Source of the DNA: the human T2T-CHM13v2.0 reference genome, Homo sapiens
Length of the DNA: 64,000 nucleotides
Strand: one strand, 5' to 3'
Assembly: GCF_009914755.1 (NCBI RefSeq)
Contig: NC_060947.1
Positions 1 to 19,280 of the stretch are shown piece by piece. The notes below the pieces were generated by a model that worked only from the letters and a program-made list of their open reading frames with translations, was not told the origin of the DNA and made no database searches. Position numbers and translations under genes: made by a program. How positions within the stretch are numbered: position 1 is the stretch's first letter; each line of letters starts with the position of its first letter.

Positions 1-2283
1 GTCAAAGTAAAGAGATGAAAACCAATCTATCAAACATATAAAAAATAAAATAAACAGGAATTGCTATTCTTATTTCAGACAAAATAAACCTTAAAACCAT
101 AATGATCAGAAAAGACAAACAATGGCATCACATAATTGTAAAGGATTCAATTCAACGAGAAAACTTCACTATCCTAAATATATGTACACCCAACACTGGA
201 GCACCCACATTTATAAAACAAGTCATAAAATCTTTGAGGAGGCTTAGATAACTATACAAATAAGATTAGGGGACTTCAAAACCTTATCAGCAGTGTTAGA
301 CAGATCATTAAGGTGGAAAACTAACAAAGATATTCAGGTCCTATATTCAACACTTGATCAAATGGATCTAACAGACATCTGTAGAACATTCGACCCCAAG
401 CAACAGAATATACTTTTTTTTATGTACACATGGCACATACTCTAAAATCTACCACATTCTCAGCCTAAAGCAATTCTCAATAAATTCAAAGAAACTGAAA
501 TCATACCAACCACACTCTTAGACCACAGCACAAAAAAATAGAAATGAATACCAAGAAAATTAGTCAAAACCATACAATTACATAGAAATTTAAAAACCTG
601 ATTCTGAATGACATTGGTGTGTACAATGAAATTAAGGCAGAAATTTAAAAAAATTGATTCTAAGAATAACATAGATACAATATATCAGAAACTCTGAGAC
701 ACAGCTAAAGCAATATTAAGAGGGAAGATTACAGCAGTATATACTCACAAGAAAAGTAAAGATCTCAAATTAACAACTTAACGTCATACCTGCACATGCT
801 AGACAAACAAGATTATATTGAAATAAAAATTAGCAATAGAAAAGACATAACACAAATTAGAGCTGAACATAATAAAATTGAGACACACCCACACACAAAA
901 AACACAGAAAATGTAAACCAGTTTGTTTCTTTAAAAATAAATAAGATTGATAGACCACTAGCAAGATTCATAAAAAGATGAGAGAAGACTGAAATAAACA
1001 CAATCATATGACAAAGGGGACATTACTACCAACTCCACAGAAATACGAAACCCTTCAGAGAGTATTATAAATACTTCTATGCACACAAGTTCTAAAACCT
1101 AGAAAAAAATGCATGAATACCTAGACACACAGGTTTGAGCCAAGAAGAAATTGAAACCTTTACATAGCAATAATGACTTCCAAAATGCAATCAGTAATAA
1201 AAAAACCTTACAACCAGAAAAAGCTCTGTACCAGACAGATTCACAACCAAATTTTGCCAGACGTACAAAGAAGACCTAGTATTGATCCTTCCCAAACTAT
1301 AACAAAAAATTTAGAAGGAGAACTTCCCTCCTAACTAATTCTATGAGACCAGCATCACTCTGTTACCAAAACCTGATAGAGACAAAATGAAAAAAGAAAT
1401 ATTCAGGATAATATACCTGATGAACATAGATGCAAAAATCCTCAACAAAATACTAGCAAAACCAAAGCCAGCAGCACATGAAAAATCTAATACACCATAA
1501 TCAAGGAGGATTTATTCATGGGATGCAGATTCTTTCAACATACATAAATGAATAAATGTAATTTATTTAAAAATATAACTAAAAAGAAAAACTACATGAT
1601 CATCTCAATAGATGCAGAAAAGCCTTTTAATAAAATTTAATATCCCTTCATGTGAGAAACCATCTACAATCTAGGTATTGAAAGAACATACCTCACCAAA
1701 ATAACAAGAACCATCAATGACAAACCCAGAGCCAACATCATACTGAATGGGTAAAAGCTAGAAGCATTCCCCTTGAGAACTGCAACAAGACAAGGATGTC
1801 CACTGTTACCACTAGTATTTAACATAGTACTGGAAGTTGTACCCAGAGAAGTGATGCAGAAGCAGAAAAAATTAAAGGCATCCAAATAGAAAGAGAGGAA
1901 GTAAAACTACCTACCTTCACAAACAATATAATTCTATCCCTAGATAACTTCATAGCCTCTACCTAAAAACCCTAGGTCTGATAAACAACTTCAGCAAAAT
2001 TTCAGGAGGCAAAAGTAATACACAAAAATCCATAGCATACCTATACAGCAATAACTTTCAAGCAGAGAGTCAAATGAACACAATCCCATTCACAATAGCC
2101 AACAACAACTGGCTACTCATATGCAGAAGATGGATATTTTCCTGTTTTGTTTACAAAAAAAAATAGCAAAACAATCTAGAAATACAGCTAATCAGGGAAG
2201 TAAAAGACCTCTACAATGAGAATTGCAAAACACCGCTAAAAGAAATCATAGATGACATAAATGCATGGGAAAACATCCCATGC
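1..2283 (+). mobile_element. Old LINE-1 ORF2 fragment (endonuclease to RT region), heavily degraded, runs off window start
   Basis: A-rich strand collinear with the ORF2 of younger L1 copies in the window (gatgcagaaaaagcc, acaaggatgtccact, RT C-terminal region); many stops and frameshifts; ends abruptly at about 2283. Confidence 0.85.
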
Positions 2284-2760
2284 TAGTGCGAGGCAAAATC
2301 ACCAGGTAACCTATAAAGGGAAACCTATAAGATTAACAGCAGATTTCTTAGCAGAAACCCTACAATCTAGAAGGGATTGGGGTCGTATCTTCAGCCTCCT
2401 TTCACATAACAATTATCAGCCAAGAATTTTGTATTCAGCAAAACTCAGCTTCATAAATGAAGGAAAGATACAGTCTTTTTCTGAGAAACAAATGCTGAGA
2501 TAATTCACCAGTATCAAGCCAGCACTACAAGATCTGGTAAAAGAGCTCTAAATCTTATAACAAATCCTGAAAACACATCAAAAGAGAACCACTTTAAAGC
2601 CTGAATCTCACAAGACCTATGAAACAAAAATATAATTAAAGAAAAAAGGTACACGGGCAACAAATAGCACGATGATGAAATAGTACCTCACATCTTAATA
2701 CTAATGTTGAATGTAAATGGCCTAAATGCTCTACTTAAAGAATATAGAATTGCAGAATGG
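2284..2760 (+). mobile_element. L1PB-like LINE-1, ORF1 C-terminal part and ORF2 start (host of the 2761-8330 insertion)
   Basis: ORF 2261-2503 contains QVTYKGKPIRLTADF...SFINEGKIQSF (ORF1p C-terminus); sequence resumes at 8344 after a target-site duplication. Confidence 0.85.
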
Positions 2761-4090
2761 TGACAAAATCTCTCACAATTTGCTTGTCTGTAAAGTATTT
2801 TATTTCTCCTTCACTTATGAAGCTTAATTTGGCTGGATATGAAATTCTGGGTTGAAAATTCTTTTCTTTAAGAATGTTGACTATTGGCCCCCACTCTCTT
2901 CTGGTTTAAGGGTTTGTGCTGAGAGATCAGCTGTTAGTCTGATGGGCTTCCCTTTGTGGGTAACCCGACCTTTCTCTCTGGCTGCCCTTAACATTTTTTC
3001 CTTCATTTCAACTTTGGTGAAACTGACAATTATGTGTCTTGGAGTTGCTCTTCTCGAGGAGTATCTTTGTGATGTTCTCTGTGTTTCCTGAACCTGAATG
3101 TTGGCCTGCCTTGCTAGATTGGGGAAGTTCTCCTGGATAATATCCTGCAGAGTGTTTTCCAACTTGGTTCCATTCTCCTCATCACTTTCAGGTAAACCAA
3201 TCAGACGTAGATTTGGTCTTTTCACATAGTCCCATATTTCTTGGAGGCTTTCTTTGTTTCTTTTTATTCTTTTTTCTCTAAACTTCTCCTCTCGCTTCAC
3301 TTCATTCATTTGATCTTCAATCACTGATACCTTTTCTTCCAGTTGATCGAATTGGCTACTGAGGCTTGTGCATTCATCACGTAGTTCTCATGCCTGGGTT
3401 CTCAGCTCCATCAGGAACTTTAAGGACTTCTTTGCATTGGTTATTTTAGTTAGCCATTCATCTAATTTTTTTCAAGGTTTTTAACTTCTTTGCCATGGGT
3501 TCAAACTTTTTCTTTAGCTCAGAGTAGTTTGATCATCTGAAGCCTTCTTCTCTTAACTCATCAAAGCCATCTTCCATCCAGCTTTGTTCCATTGCTTGTG
3601 AGGAGCTGTGTTCCTTTGGAGGAAGAGAGGCACTCTGATTTTTATAGTTTTCAGTTTTTCTGCTCTGCTTTTTCCCCATCTTTGTGGTTTTACCTACCTT
3701 TGGTCTTTGATGATGGTGATGTAAAGATGGGGTTTTGGTCTGGATGTCCTTTCTGTTTGTTAGTTTTCCTTCTAATAGTCAGGACCCTCAGCTTCAGGTC
3801 TGTTGGAGTTTGCTGGAGGTCCACTCCAGACCCTGTTTGCCTGGGTATCAGCAGTGGAGGCTGCAGAACAGTGGGTATTGGTGAATAACAAATGTTACTT
3901 CCTGATTCTTCCTCTGGAAGTTTTGTCTCAGAGGAGTACCCAGCCGTGTGAGGTGTCATTCTGCCCCTACTGGGGGGTTCCTCCCAGATAGGCTACTCGG
4001 GGGTCAGAGACCCACTTGAGGAGGCAGTCCATCCGTTCTCAGACCTCCAGCTGCATGCTGGGAGAGCCACTACTCTCTTCAAAGCTGTCA
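2761..4090 (-). mobile_element. Inverted 5' segment (part of 5'UTR plus most of ORF1) of a twin-primed L1PA element
   Basis: Minus-strand ORF 2881-3324 is ORF1p (QEIWDYVKRPNLRL); L1 5'UTR sequence continues to 4090; left TSD AATTGCAGAATGG at 2748-2760. Confidence 0.93.
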
Positions 4091-8330
<4,240 letters not shown>

Positions 8331-8343
8331 AATTGCAGAATGG

Positions 8344-9738
<1,395 letters not shown>

Positions 9739-12700
9739 GTAGCTTCCAAGATGACCGAATAGAAACAGCTCCAGTCTGAAGCTCCCAGTGAGATCGACAC
9801 AGAAGGCAGGTGATTTCTGCATTTCCAACTGAGGTACCTGGTTCATCTCACTGGGACTAATTGGACAGTGGGTGCAGCCCACAGATGCCAAGCTGAAGCA
9901 GGACGGGGCATCGCCTCACCCGGGAAATGCAAGGGGTCAGGGGATTTCCCTTTCCTAGCCAAAGGAAGCTGTGACAGACTGTACCTGGGGAAATGGTACA
10001 CTCCTGATCAAATGCTGCACTATTCAAACAGTCTTAGCAACAGGCAGACAAGGAGATACCCTCCCATGCCAGGCTCAGTGGGTCCCAGCCCACGGAGCCT
10101 TGCTCACTGCTAGTGCAGCAGTCTGAGATTGACCTGCAATGCTGCAGCTTGACACAGGGAGGGGCATCTGCCATTGCTGAGGTTTGAATAGCTCACAGTG
10201 TAAACAAAGAGGCCAGGAAGCATGAACTGGGTGAATCCCACCTCAGCTCAGCAAGGCCCATTGCCTCTGTAGATTCCACCTATGGGGGCAGGGCATAATA
10301 GAACAAAAGGCCACAGACAACTTCTCCACACTTACACGTCCTTGTCTGACAGCTCTGAAGAGAGCAGGGGTCCTCTCAGCATGGCGTTCGAGCTCCAAGA
10401 ATGGACAGACTGCCACCTCAAGCAGGTCCCAGACCCCCATGTAGCTGGACTGGGAAATACCTCCCAGTAAGGGCCAACAGACACCTCAAACAGATGGTTG
10501 CCCCTCTAGGGCGAAGCTTCCAGAGGAATGATCAGGCAGCAATATTTGCTGTTCCACAGCCTCTGCTGGTGGTACCTAGGCAAACAGGGTCTGGAGTGTA
10601 CCTCCAGCAAACTCCAAGAGACCTGCAGCTGAAGGATCTGTTAGAAGGAAATCTAACAAACAGAAAGCAATAGCATCAACATCAACAAAAAGGACATCCA
10701 CACCCAAACCCCATCTGTAGGTCACCAAAATCAAAGACCAACAGTAGATAAAACCACAAAGATGGGGAGAACCCAGAACAGAAAAGCTGAAAATTCCAAA
10801 AAACAGAGTGCCTCTTCTCCTCCAAATGATCGAAACTCCTCGACAGCAAGAGAACAAAACTGAACAGAGAATGAGTTTGACAAATTGACAGAAGTAGGTT
10901 TCTGAAGATCCGTAATAACAAACTTCTCCGAGCTAAAGGAGCTTGTTCTAACCCATCACGAGGAAGCTAAAAACCTTGAAAAAAGGTTAGACGAATGGCT
11001 AACTAGAATAAACAGTGTAGAGAAGACCTGAAATAACCTGGTGGAGCTAAAAACCATGGCACAAGAACTTCTTGATGCATGCATAACTTCAATAGCCGAT
11101 GCAATCGAGTGAAAGAAAGAATATCAGTGATTGAAGATCAGATTAATGAAATAAAGTGAGAAGACAAGATTAGAGATGAGAAGAGTGAAAACAAACGAAC
11201 AAAGCCTCCAAGAAATATGGGACTATGTGAAAAGACCAAATCTACGTTTGACTGGTATACCAGAAAGTGATGGGGAGAATGGAACCAAGTTAGAAAACAC
11301 TCTGCAGGATATTATCCAGGAGAACTTCCCTAACCTAGCAAGGCAGGACCACATTCAAATTCAGGAAATACAGAGAACACCACAAAAATATTCCTCTAGA
11401 AGAGCAACCTCAAGACACATAATTGTCAGTTTCACCAAAGTTGAAATGAAGGAAAAAATCTTAAGGGCAGCCAGAAAGAAAGGTCAGGTTACCCACAAAG
11501 GGAAGCCCATTAGACTGAGAGTGGAACTCTCGGCAGAAACCATACAAGCCAGAAGAGAGTGGGGGCCAATATTCAACATTCTTAAAGAAAAGAATTTTCA
11601 ACCCAGAATTTCATATCCAGCCAAACTAAGCTTCATAAGTGAAGGAGAAATAAAATCCTTTACAGGCAAGCAAATGCTGAGAGATTTTGTCATCACCAGG
11701 CCTGCCTTACAAGAGCTCCTGAAGGAAGCACTAAACATGGAAAGGAACAACCAGTACCAGTCACTGCAAAAACATGCCAAATGGTAAAGACCATCGATGC
11801 TATGAAGAAACTGCATCAATTAATGGGCAAAATAACCAGCTAGCATCATAATGACAGGATCAAATTCACACAAAACAATACTAACTATTGTTAGTATTGT
11901 TACTATGTTAGTATTGTAACTATGTTAGTATCTTAACTATGTTAGTATGAGTGAACTCCCATTCACAATTACCACAAAGAGAATAAAATATCTAGGAATC
12001 CAACTTATAATGGATGTAAAGGACCTCTTCAAGGACAACTATAAACCACTGCTCAGTGAAATAAAAGAGGACACAAACAAATGGAAGAACATTGCATGCT
12101 TATGGATAGGAAGAATCAACATCATGAAAATGGCCATACTGCCCAAAGTAATTTATAGATTCAATGACATCCCCATCAAGCTACCACTGACATTCTTCAC
12201 AGAATTGGAAAAAAATTACTTTAGAGTTCATATGGAACCAAAAAAGATCCCACATAGCCAAGAAAATCCTAAACAAAAACAACAAAGCTGGAGGCATCAT
12301 GATACCTGACTTCAAACTATACTACAAGGCTACAGTAACCAAAACCGCATGGTATTGGTACCAAAACAGCATGGTATTGGCACCAAAGCAGAGATATACA
12401 CCAATGGAACAAAACAGAGCCCTCAGAAATAACACCACATATCTACAATCATCTGATCTTTGACAAACCTGATAAAAACAAGAAATGGGGAAAAGATTCC
12501 CTATTTAATAAACAGTGCTGGGAAAACTGGCTAGCCATATGTAGAAAGCTGAAATTGGATCCCTTCCTTACACCTTATACAAAAATTAATTCAAGATGGA
12601 TTAAAGACTTAAATGTTAGACCTAAAACCACAAAAACCCTAGAAGAAAACCTAGGCAATACCATTCAGGACATAGGCATGGGCAAGGACTTCATGACTAA

Positions 12701-13749
12701 AACACCAGAAGCAATGGCAACAAAAGCCAAAATTGGCAAATGGGATCTAATTAAACTCAAGAGCTTCTGCACAGCAAAAGAAACTACCATCATAGTGAAC
12801 AGGCAACCTACAGAATGGGAAAAAATTTTTGCAATCTACTCATCTGTCAAAGGGCTAATATCCAGAATCTACAAAGAACCCAAACAAATTTACAAGAAAA
12901 AAACAAACAACCCCATCAAAAAGTAGGCAAAGGATATGAACAGACAGTTCCCAAAATAAGACATTTATGCAGCCAATAGACACATGAAAAAATGCTCATT
13001 GTCACTGGCCATCAGAAATATACAAATCAAAACCACAATGAGATATCATCTCACACCACTTAGAATGGTGATCATTAAAAAGTCAGGAAACAACAGGTGC
13101 TGGAGAGGATGTGGAGAAATAGGAACACTTTTACACTGTTGGTGGGACTGTAAACTAGTTCAACCATTGTGGAAGTCAGTGTGGTGATTCCTCAGGGATC
13201 TAGAACTAGAAATACCATTTGACCCAGCCATCCCATTACTGGGTATATACCCAAAGGAATATAAATCACGCTGCTATAAAGTCTCATGCACACATATGTT
13301 TATTGCGGCACTACTCACAATAGCAAAGACTTGGAACCAACCCAAAAGTCCAACAATGATAGACCGGATTAAGAAAATGTGGCACCTATACACCATGGAA
13401 TACTATGCAGCCATAAAAATGGATGAGTTCAGGTCCTTTGTAGAGAAATGAATGAAGCTGGAAACCATCATTCTCAGCAAACTATCGAAGGACAAAAAAC
13501 CAAACACCGCATGTTCTCACTCATAGGTGGGAATTGAATGATGAGAACACTTGGACACAGGAAGGGGAACATCACACACCGGGGCCTGTTGTGGCATGGG
13601 GGGAGGAGGGAGGGATAGCATTAGGAGATATACCTAATGTAAATGATGAGTTAATGGGTGCAGCACACCAACATGGCACATGTATACATATGTAATAAAC
13701 CTGCACGTTGTGCACATGTACCCTAGAACTTAAAGTATAGTTAAAAAAA
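9739..13749 (+). mobile_element. L1PA (PA5-PA7-like) with full 5'UTR, ORF1 and 3' end but lacking about 2.2 kb of ORF2 (EN-RT)
   Basis: 5' end cttccaagatgaccgaatag; ORF1p 11176-11787; ORF2 ATG at 11851 jumps via a 61-nt filler to MSELPF at 11947; 3'UTR and A tail at about 13740. Confidence 0.92.
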
Positions 13750-13829
13750 TTATAAATATATATATAAATATTTATATATATAAAAATATTTGTATATATA
13801 TATAAATATTTATATATATATATATATAT
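13750..13829. repeat. Imperfect (TA)n microsatellite grown at the L1 tail
   Basis: tataaatatatatataaatatttatatata... directly visible. Confidence 0.9.
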
Positions 13830-14029
13830 GAAAGAAATGTGTTTATTTAAAAGGGTTTTTTCTTCATTTGGTATTTAAATTTGGCAATGATATTTAACCT
13901 ATAAGAATTATAGTACGATAATCAAATATTGAATAAGTATCAAGAAAGTATTTAGAATATAAGTATATCTCTTTCAATTTATTTTGAATGATTTTACAAC
14001 TGATAGCACTTGCATTCCTATGATTGTAC

Positions 14030-15467
14030 TTTTTTTTATTACACTTAAAATTCTGGGATACATGTGCAGAATGTGTCAGTTTGTTACATAGGTATACACG
14101 TTCCATGTTGGTTTGCTGCACCCATCAACCCCTCATCTATATTAGGTATTTCTCTTAATGCTATCCATCCCCTAGCCCCCCACCTCCTGACAGGCCCTGG
14201 TATGTGATGTGCCCCTCTCTGTGTCCATGTGTTCTCATTGTTCAACTCCAACTTATGAGTGAGAACGTGCTGTGTTTGGTTTTCTGTTCCTGTGTTAGTT
14301 TGCTGAGAATGATGGTTTCCAGCTTCATCCATTTCCCTGCAAAAACATGAACTCAATGTTTTTTTATGACTGCATAGTATTCCATGGTGTATATGTGCCA
14401 CATTTTCTTTATGCAATCTATCATCGATGGGCATTTGGGTTGGTTCCAAGTCTTTTGCTATTGTGAAGAGTGCTGCAATAAACATAAGTGTGCATGTGCT
14501 TTATAGTAGAATGTTTTATAAGCATGGGTATATACCCAGTAAAGGGATTGCTGGGTCAAATGGTATTTGTGTTTCTAGATTCCTGAGGAATCGCCACACT
14601 GTCTTCCACAAAGGTTGAACTAATTTACACTCCCACCAACAGCATAAAAGTGTTCCTATTTCTCCACATTCTCTCCAGCATCTGTTGTTTCCTGCCTTTT
14701 TATGATAGCCATTCTAACTGGCATGAGATGGTATCTCATTCTGGTTTTGATTTGCATTTCTCTAATGACCAGTGATGATGAGCTTTTTTTCATACGTTTG
14801 TCAGCCATATAAATGTCCTCTTTTTGTCTGTTGATATACTTTGCCCACTTTTTGGTGCAGTTGTTTGTTTTTTTCCTTGTAAATTTGTTTAAGTTCCTCG
14901 TAGATTCTGGATATTAGCCCTTTGTCAGATGAATAGATTGCAAAAATTTTCTCCCATTCTGTAGGTTGCCTGTTCTCTCTGATGATAGTTTATTTTGCTG
15001 TGGAAAAGCTCTTTAGCTTAATTAGATCCCATTTGTTAATTTAGTCTTTTGTTGCAATTGCCTTTGTTGTTTTAGTCATGAACTCTTTGCCCATGCCACT
15101 GTCCTGAATTGTATTGCCTAGGTTTTCTTCTAGGGTTTTTATGGTTTTAGGTCTTACATTTAGTCTTTAATCCATCTTGAGTTAATTTTTGTATGAGGTG
15201 TAAGGAAGGGGTCCAGTTTCAGTTTCCTGCATATGGCTAGCCAGTTTTTTCAACACCATTTGTTAAGTAGGGAATCCTTTCCCCATTTCTTGTTTTTGTC
15301 AGGTTTGTCAAAGATCTGATGGTTGTAGATGTGTGACGTTATTTCTGAGGCCTCTATTCTGTTCCATTAGTCTATATATCTGTTTTTGTACCAGTGCCAT
15401 TCTCTTTTGGTTACTGTAGCCTTGTAGTATAGTTTGAAGTCAAGTAGCATGATGCCTCCAGCTTTGT
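14030..15467 (-). mobile_element. 3' segment of a minus-strand L1PA (L1PA7-like)
   Basis: T-tract at 14030, reverse-complement L1 3'UTR, ORF 14084-14485 MFIAALFTIAK; ends at ccagctttgt. Confidence 0.92.
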
Positions 15468-18400
15468 GTACCTGAAAGTGTTGGGGAAAATGGAACCAAG
15501 TTGGAAAACAATCTTAGGATATTATCCAGGAGAAGTTCTCCAACCTAGCTAGACAGGACAGCATTTAAATTCAGGAAATACAGAGAACACCACAAAGATA
15601 CTCCTCAAGAGGAGCAACCCCAAGAACCATAATCATCAGATTCACCAAGGTTGAAATGAAGGAAAAACTGTTAAGGGCAGCTAGAGAGAAAGGTCAGGTT
15701 ACCCACTAAGGGAAGCCCATCAGACTAACAGCTGATCTCTCGGCAGAAACCCTACAAGCCAGAAGAGAGTGGAGGCCAATATTCAACATTCTTAAAGAAA
15801 AGAATTTTCAAACCAGAATTCCATATCCAGGCAAGCTATGCTTCATAAGCGAAGGAGAAATAAAATTCTTTACATACAAGCAAATGTTGAGCCATTTTGT
15901 CACCAGCAGGCCTGCCTTACTAGAGTTCCTGAAGGAAGCACTAAACATGGAAAGGAACAACTGGTACCAGCCACTGCAAAAACATACCAAATTGTAAAGA
16001 CCATCAACACTATGAAGAAATTGTATCAACTAATGGGAAAAATAACCAGCTAGCATCATAATGACAGGATCAAATTCACACATAACAATATTAACCTTAA
16101 ATGTAAATGGGCTAAATGCCCCAATTAAAAGACACAGACTGGCAAATTGAATAAAGATTCAACATCCATCAGTGTGCTGTATTCAGGAGACCCATCTCAT
16201 GTGCAAAGACACACATAGGCTCAAAATAAAGGGATGGAGGAATATTTATCAAGCATTGGAAAGCAAAATAAATAAATAAATAAATAAATAAATAAGTAGC
16301 AGGGGTTGCAATCCTACTCTCTGATAAAACAGACTTTAAACCAACAAAGAAAAAAAAAAGAAGAGCATTTCATAATGATAAATGAATCAATGCAACAAGA
16401 AGAGCTAACTATCCTAAATATATATGCACCCAATACAGGAGCACCCAGATTCATAAAGCAAATTCTTAAAGACCTGCAAAGAGACTTTGTAGACTCTCAC
16501 ACAGTAATAGTGGGAGATTGTATCACCCCACTGTCAATATTAGACAGATCACCAAGACAGAAAAATAACAAGGATATTCAGGACTTAAACTCAGCTCTGG
16601 ACCAAGCTGACATAATAGACATCTACAGAACTCTCCACCACAAATCAACAGAATATACATTCTTCTCAAAACCACATACCACTTATTCTAAAATTGACCA
16701 CAGATTGGAAGTAAGACATTCCTCAGCAAGTGCAAAAGTACAGAAATTATAACAGTCTCTCAGACCACAGTGCAATCAAGCTAGAACTCAGGATTAAGAA
16801 ACTCATTCAAAATCACACAACTATATGGAAACTGAACAACCTGCTCCTGAATGACTACTGGGTAAATAACGAAATTAAGCCAGAAATAATAAGTTCTTTG
16901 AAACCAATGAGAACAAAGACACAATGTGCCAGAATCTCTGGGACACGGCTAAAACAGTGTTTAGAGGGAAATTTATAGCACTAAAACCCCATAGGAGAAA
17001 GCAGGAAATATCTACAATCAACACCTTAACATCACAATTAAAAGATTTAGAGAAGGAAGAGCAAACAAATTCAAAAGCTAACCGTAGTCAAGAAATAACT
17101 AAGATCAGAGTAGAACTGAAGGAGCTACAGACATGAAAAACCCTTCAAAAAATCAATGAATCCAGGAGCTGGTTTTTTGAAAAGACTAACAAAATTGATA
17201 GATTGCTAGCCAGACTAATAAAGAAGAAAAGAAAGAAGAATGAAATAGACACAATGAGAAATGATAAAGTAGATATCACTGCTGATCCTGCAGAAAGACA
17301 AACTACCATCAGAGAATACTATAAACACCTCTATGCAAATAAACTAGAAAATCTAAAAGAAATTGCTAAATTCCTGGACACATACACCCTCCCAAGACTA
17401 AATCAGGAAAAAGTTGAATCTCTGAATAGACCAATAACAAGTTCTGAAATTTAGGCAGTAATTAATAGCCTACCAACCAAAAAAAGCCCAGGACCAGATG
17501 GATTCACAGCCAAATTCTACCAGAGGTACAAAGGGGAGATGGTACCATTCCTTCTGAAACTATTCTAAACAACAGAAAAAGGACTCCTCTCTAACTCATT
17601 TTATGAGGCCAGCATCATCCAGATACCAAAACCTGGCAGAGACACAACAAAACAATACAATTTTAGGCCAATATACCTGATGAACATCTATGGGAAAATC
17701 CTCAGTAAAATACTGGCAGACCAAATCCAGCAGCACATCAGAAAGCTTATCCACCACGAACAAGTTGGCTTCATCCCTGGGATGCAAGGCTGGTTCAACA
17801 TATGCAAATCAATAAACATAATCCATCGCATAAACAGAACCAATAACAAAAACCACATGATTACTTCAATAGATGCAGAAAAGGCCTGGGATAAAATTCA
17901 ACTCCCCTTCATGCTAAAAACTCTAAATAAATTAGGTATTGATGGAACATATCTCAAAATAATAAGAGCTATTTATGACAAACCCACAGCCAATATCATA
18001 CTGAATGGGCAAAAGCTGGAAGCATTCCCTTTGAAAACGGGTACGAGACAAGGATGCCCTCTCTCACCACTCCTATTCAACATAATATTGGAAGTTCTGG
18101 CCAGGGCATTCAGTCAAGAGAAAGAAATAAAGGGTATTCAAATAGGAAGAGAGGAAGTCAAATTGTCTCTGTTTGTAGATGACATGATTGTATATTTAGA
18201 AAACCCCATCATCTCAGCCCAAAATTTCCTTAAGCTGATAAGCAACTTCGGCAAAGTCTCAGGATACAAAATCAGTGTGCAAAAATCACAAGCATTCCTA
18301 TACACCAATAATAGACAGAGAGCCAAGTTATGATTGAACTCCCACTCACAATTGCTACAAAGAGAATAAGATACCTAGAAATACAACTTACAAGGGATGT

Positions 18401-18674
18401 GAAGGACCTCTTGGAGGAGAACTACAAACCACTGCTCAATGAAATAAGAGAGGATACAATCAAATGGGAAAACATTCCATGGTCATGGATAGGAAGAATC
18501 CATATGGTGAAAATGTCCATACTGCTCTCCAGAGTAATTTATAGATTCAGTGCTATCCTCATCAAGTTACCACTGACTTTCTTCATAGAATTGGAAACAA
18601 TCACTTTGAATTTCATATGGAAACAAAAAAGAGCCTGTATATCCAAGATAATCCTAAGCAAAAAGAACAAGGCT
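15468..18674 (+). mobile_element. Inverted segment (mid-ORF1 to late ORF2) probably of the same L1PA7-like element
   Basis: ORF1 end, EN, RT (17680-18333, FVDD); stops at aagaacaaggct, the L1 position where the 14030-15467 segment begins. Confidence 0.9.
16267..16296. repeat. (TAAA)n microsatellite inside L1 ORF2
   Basis: About seven TAAA units visible. Confidence 0.9.
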
Positions 18675-18700
18675 TCAGACAAATTTTGCCATTAAGTATG

Positions 18701-19263
18701 TGTGGTGATTTCCTGGATGTCAGGGCTGAGCAAGGAAAAAGTCATGACCAGGAGATGGCAGTAGCACACAACGTGGTTTATTTGGGTGGCCCTTTGAAAG
18801 GTTTTAGGAGAGGGGAACTTCCCTCAAAGCAGGAGACCTTCCAGAGAGAGGCAGCAGCAAGAGGCCACCACCCAGAAGAGGAAGAGTTCAAGGCAACTTC
18901 CAGTGAAGAGAAGAATTGGACAGGAGACTTACGTGTCTATGGGATGTTACTCAGCAGCCTGGTGTGGAGTCTCTGGGTCAGAGAGCTCCCATGGGCATCA
19001 GAGGCTTGAGGCTTTTTTCCAGCCCCAGAGTATGTCCTATCTACAGCTAGCAGATGGTGTGTCTGGTTTTACAGAGGGTGCAATGTGGGTGGGTTCTAAA
19101 TGGCTAAAAATGTGCTTATTGAGGGCCATATTTAAAGCAATTGGATGTGTAAACATTTGATTTGAGTTCCAATGAGCTTTGAGCTAATGGTCTTAGCCAT
19201 CTCTGAATATAGGTGACAAGATACATGGCACAATCTAAAGATATTAAACCCACTTATATAACA
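18701..19263 (-). repeat. 3' LTR of the provirus (563 bp)
   Basis: Collinear with 27884-28768 (shared blocks gatggcagtagcac, agaccttccagag, tctgggtcagagagctc, ctaaatggcta, atatttaaagcaattg, aacccact.atataa); TG...CA ends; minus-strand AATAAA near 18780. Confidence 0.9.
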
Positions 19264-19280
19264 GTCCATGCCTTGGCCCC
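19264..19280 (-). promoter_or_regulatory. Polypurine-tract region of the provirus
   Basis: Minus strand ggggccaaggcatggac abuts the 3' LTR and resembles the ERVL-type GCCAAGGGGTGGAC end of internal regions. Confidence 0.7.

Noticed and set aside
11886-11946. Repeated units resembling a CRISPR-like or satellite array
   Set aside because: No spacers; units are copies of the adjacent L1 sequence in a mammalian genome
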